A DNA stretch of 51,181 bases, taken from Rickettsiaceae bacterium. GTDB taxonomy: Bacteria > Pseudomonadota > Alphaproteobacteria > Rickettsiales > UBA6187. The position numbers were made by a program, and so were the translations under genes. The stretch's first letter is position 1; each line of letters opens with the position of its first letter. The notes beneath the pieces are model-generated. The model made no database searches, had not been told where the DNA came from, and was given only the letters and a program-made list of their open reading frames with translations. Of this stretch, positions 47,757-51,181 are shown in pieces. The stretch lies in contig JAJONM010000002.1 of assembly GCA_021323415.1 (NCBI GenBank), positions 1-51,181 of the forward strand. The letters run 5' to 3'.

Positions 47757-50102
47757 ATGCTTGAATTATATACGACAATTTCACTTATTATTCTTGCAAC
47801 GATAGCGGTGCTATTCTTTGTAAAATGGCGGTTAGACGACCGTACTATAGAAATTTTACAGAAAAAAATCCAGCTACATGAAATAATAAATAGCGCTTCC
47901 ATTGGCGGCTATTACTATTGTGATAGCAAGGGAAATGAAGAATTTTCTCTTAATTTAATTAAGATACTTGGCTTACAAAGCAGAATCAAAAACTTTTTGC
48001 AGTTTGTAAAAATATTTAACGCTGATGCAAAAAATTTAACTGATTTACTTGCTAAATTACAAAGTGGGGAGCGGGAAAATTTTATTATCAATTGTAAGTG
48101 TAAAATTGACGAGCAAGTAAAGCATATACAATGCTTTGGTAACCGGGTTGATACCGACAGTGGTGATATTAGCGGAGCTATCATATGGTTTTATGATGTT
48201 TCAGAATACACGGAAGAAATAAAAAAACTTACTTCGCATTATAATAATGTGAAAAACGAAGCTAAGGATTACATAGATATATTTAACGCCCTGCCAATAC
48301 CAGTTTGGCTCCGCAATAGTGATTTTACTATTCATCACTGTAATTTAATGTATAGCCAGATGGTGAATGCTAATGATGTTAACATATCGGAAGGGGCAAT
48401 TCCTGACCTTGATGAAAATTTAAGGCAAATGTCTCAAATGGCATTTAAAAACAAACGTGTGCTGCACATGAAAAAACATATGGTAGTAAACGGTGAGCGG
48501 AGATTCTTTGATATATCTGAAAGTGCGGTTACCGGTGGTGATGGTATTATTGGTTTTGCTAGCGATATTACTAACCAGGAAAATATAGAAAAGGAACTTG
48601 GTCGCCATATATCAGCGCAAGCTGACTTACTTGAAAGCTCTTCCAGCGCGATGGCGATATATGGTGCTGATACCAAGCTGCGTTTTTATAATAATGCTTT
48701 TGTAAAACTATGGGGCTTAAATGAAAAGTTCCTAAATAGCAAACCTACCTACTTGGAAGTGTTAGAGGCATTGCGTGAGAAAAGGAAATTACCTGAACAA
48801 GCCGATTTTAAGAAGTTCCGCAATGAGCAGATGCAGCTATTTACTGATTTGTTTACAACCCATGATGAATTTTTCTATTTGCCAGATGGCAAGGCTTTAC
48901 GTGTGATTGTAATCCCTCATGCACTTGGTGGGCTGCTTTTCTCATATGAGGATATGACCGACCGCTTTGCAATGGAAACGCTGTATAATACATTAATAGC
49001 TGTGCAGCGTGAGACGCTTGATAACCTGCGTGAAGGTGTTGCTGTGTTTGGCCGCGATGGAATATTGAAACTGTATAACCCGATGTATGCGATGATGTGG
49101 CCAGATGAGCTACCGCTTCTGGACTCTAGTCCGCATAGTGATGCACTGCTGGAAAAATCAAAGCATTTATTTAAATACACAGGCAATTGGGAAGAATTTA
49201 AACATGATTGGATGGAACGTCCGCATACCAGAAAGCCTGTTATTAAGCGCATTGAGCGTACTGATGGTAAGTTTATTGAAAAGCTTGTGGTAACATTACC
49301 TGATGGTGATTTCTTATTCTCCTATGAGGATATAACTGACTCAATCCTTGCAGAAAAAACTTTACGTGAACGCAATGAAGCACTGGAGGCTGCTGATAAA
49401 CTAAAAACTGAATTCCTTGCTAACGTATCTTATGAACTTAGAACTCCACTCACATCGATTATGGGATTCTCAGAGGTTTTAGCAGAAAAACACTTTGGTC
49501 CTTTAAATAAACAACAGGTAGAATATGTAACTGGCATACATGATTCATCCAGCCAGTTGATGGTTTTGATTAATGATATTCTTGACCTTGCTTCCATTGA
49601 GGCTGGATATATGGTGCTCGATGTCCGTAACTTTGATGTTTATACTGGGCTGTATTCTGTTATGGAGGCTACAAGGGAGCGCTGCAAATATGCGGGAATA
49701 AAGCTTTCTATGCAGTGTGATAAAAATATCGGCGAGATGATGGGTGACGAAAAACGTATAAAGCAGGTGCTGTTTAACATTATCGATAACTCTATAAAAT
49801 TCACTGATCGTGGAGGGAATATAGTTATAGGTGCAGAAACCCATGGAAAAAGCGAAATTGCTATTTGGGTAGAAGATAGTGGAATAGGTATAAACAATAA
49901 TGAGAAAGGCAAGGTATTCGATCGTTTCTTTAAATCAAGCGCGGCTTTTGTAATGAAAAAAACTGGTACTGGACTTGGTCTTGCAGTAGTTAAAAATATT
50001 GTTGAACTGCATGGTGGTAAAGTTGAGCTGGAATCCTCAGAAGGTGAGGGGACAAAGATTACCTGTTACTTTAAGAGAAAGAATTTAAAACTTTTAAGAT
50101 AG
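47757..50102 (+). CDS. divL: multi-PAS pseudo-histidine kinase DivL
   Basis: H-box reads NVSYELRTPL (Tyr for His, the DivL hallmark); several PAS domains, HATPase; directly upstream of tsaE. Confidence 0.9.
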   Translation: MLELYTTISLIILATIAVLFFVKWRLDDRTIEILQKKIQLHEIINSASIGGYYYCDSKGNEEFSLNLIKILGLQSRIKNFLQFVKIFNADAKNLTDLLAKLQSGERENFIINCKCKIDEQVKHIQCFGNRVDTDSGDISGAIIWFYDVSEYTEEIKKLTSHYNNVKNEAKDYIDIFNALPIPVWLRNSDFTIHHCNLMYSQMVNANDVNISEGAIPDLDENLRQMSQMAFKNKRVLHMKKHMVVNGERRFFDISESAVTGGDGIIGFASDITNQENIEKELGRHISAQADLLESSSSAMAIYGADTKLRFYNNAFVKLWGLNEKFLNSKPTYLEVLEALREKRKLPEQADFKKFRNEQMQLFTDLFTTHDEFFYLPDGKALRVIVIPHALGGLLFSYEDMTDRFAMETLYNTLIAVQRETLDNLREGVAVFGRDGILKLYNPMYAMMWPDELPLLDSSPHSDALLEKSKHLFKYTGNWEEFKHDWMERPHTRKPVIKRIERTDGKFIEKLVVTLPDGDFLFSYEDITDSILAEKTLRERNEALEAADKLKTEFLANVSYELRTPLTSIMGFSEVLAEKHFGPLNKQQVEYVTGIHDSSSQLMVLINDILDLASIEAGYMVLDVRNFDVYTGLYSVMEATRERCKYAGIKLSMQCDKNIGEMMGDEKRIKQVLFNIIDNSIKFTDRGGNIVIGAETHGKSEIAIWVEDSGIGINNNEKGKVFDRFFKSSAAFVMKKTGTGLGLAVVKNIVELHGGKVELESSEGEGTKITCYFKRKNLKLLR

Positions 50103-50546
50103 ATGAAACACAACATCAACTCCCTCTCCCAAACCCAGGCACTTGCAGAAAAAATTGCCGCCCTTACTCAAAAAGGTGATGTAATCACCCTACAGGGTGA
50201 TTTAGGTGCTGGCAAAACAGCATTTGCGCAATTCTTTATCAATTCATTGCTTACCGATCCACAGGATGTGACTAGTCCGACATTTAACCTTGTGCATCCG
50301 TATGAGACACAAAACTTTACTATCTGGCATTTTGATTTGTATCGTTTGAAGAATCCGCAAGAGATTGAAGAAATCGGGTTATATGATGCACTTGATAATG
50401 GTGTAAGTTTAATAGAATGGCCTGAAATAATAGATGACATGTTGCCTTCGGATAGGTTATTAGTAAAGTTGTCGTTGCAAGATGGTGATAGAGTTGCACA
50501 GCTTGAAGCAATGGGTAGTTGGATAGATAGAATAGTGGATTTATAA
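50103..50546 (+). CDS. tsaE: t6A biosynthesis ATPase TsaE
   Basis: GDLGAGKT, VTSPTFNLV, HFDLYRL, LIEWPE. Confidence 0.96.
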   Translation: MKHNINSLSQTQALAEKIAALTQKGDVITLQGDLGAGKTAFAQFFINSLLTDPQDVTSPTFNLVHPYETQNFTIWHFDLYRLKNPQEIEEIGLYDALDNGVSLIEWPEIIDDMLPSDRLLVKLSLQDGDRVAQLEAMGSWIDRIVDL

Positions 50547-51181
50547 TGCAGGAACGCGAAGATTTAATAGTAAGTTTTCTAAAGAAAAACAAGTTAGGTA
50601 ATGCAAGGCGCGAGAAGTTATCGAGTGACGCTTCATTTAGGCATTATGAACGTATCTATACCGATGAAAAAACAATTATGCTGATGGATGCGCCGCCAGT
50701 AAAAGAGAATATTGAGCCATTTATTAATATTGATAATTACTTACGCCGCCGTGGCCTGAGCTCTCCTGAAATTTATGATGCTGATGTGAAATATGGCCTA
50801 ATGTTACTTGAAGATTTAGGTAATGATAGCTTCACTAATGTGCTTAGTGGTAAATCATCAATCTCTTCTAATCATGATGAATTAGAACTTTATCTTGCTG
50901 CGATGGATGTACTTATCCAGCTTGATCGTTCTACACTCCCTGCAAAAACTCCGGATTACGATGGGGAGTTGCTAATGCGTGAGTGCAAGCTCTTAACTGA
51001 GTGGTATTTACCTAATGTGGTTGATGAAGCAGTTCCCCAATCTGTAGTAGATGATTATGTTGCGATATGGGATAAGTTATTAAAACTTAATAAAGTTGCC
51101 GAGGATGTTGTTGTCTTGCGCGACTACCATGCTGATAATTTAATGTGGTTACCTGGGCGCACTGGCGTACAAAATGTAGGG
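50546..51181 (+). CDS. amgK: AmgK-type anomeric sugar kinase (APH-like), truncated by the window end
   Basis: Not in the ORF track; ATG overlaps the tsaE stop (TAATG); SDASFRHYERI, LMDAPP, LLEDLG, LRDYHADNLMWL. Confidence 0.88.
   Translation, partial: MQEREDLIVSFLKKNKLGNARREKLSSDASFRHYERIYTDEKTIMLMDAPPVKENIEPFINIDNYLRRRGLSSPEIYDADVKYGLMLLEDLGNDSFTNVLSGKSSISSNHDELELYLAAMDVLIQLDRSTLPAKTPDYDGELLMRECKLLTEWYLPNVVDEAVPQSVVDDYVAIWDKLLKLNKVAEDVVVLRDYHADNLMWLPGRTGVQNVG

Overview
AT-rich alphaproteobacterial chromosomal segment. The divL-tsaE-amgK, tyrS/AsmA-DUF3971/bcp and fba-thiE gene orders, an MPP-like M16 peptidase, a lone GTA-type terminase and Rickettsia-like palindromic repeats point to a Rickettsiales-related, probably eukaryote-associated lineage that still keeps rpoN, comEC, an HD-GYP phosphodiesterase and PHB turnover (taxonomy is inference). 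Housekeeping genes (comEC, yraN, cspA, tRNA-Ala, tRNA-Leu, rpoN, thiE, fba, hemB, SCO, tyrS, bcp, rnhB, rfbBAD, divL, tsaE, amgK) are interleaved with effector-like orphans. Main observations: (1) ankyrin proteins with an N-terminal bipartite-NLS-like motif, a C-terminal F-box and a shared tail, with signs of terminal-cassette exchange; (2) a recurring C-terminal aromatic-x-x-x-aliphatic-E-K/R ... GR-stop motif on unrelated orphans, a candidate secretion signal; (3) an intracellular PHB depolymerase fused in frame to a histone-H1-like AKKP protein that has its own ribosome-binding site; (4) a ~1,320-aa exported protein built from 21 two-cysteine modules resembling EexN entry-exclusion lipoproteins; (5) structured elements glued to both tRNA CCA ends, one leading into a GIY-YIG remnant; (6) many small non-autonomous elements (IS200-type ends, a 107-bp Correia-like MITE, several palindrome families) and clear operator-like sites (twin Fic operators, a reverse sigma54 site at rpoN, CtrA-type boxes, a DnaA-box-like cluster). 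No CRISPR array, rRNA or intact prophage was seen. All calls come from reading the sequence by eye; no searches were run.
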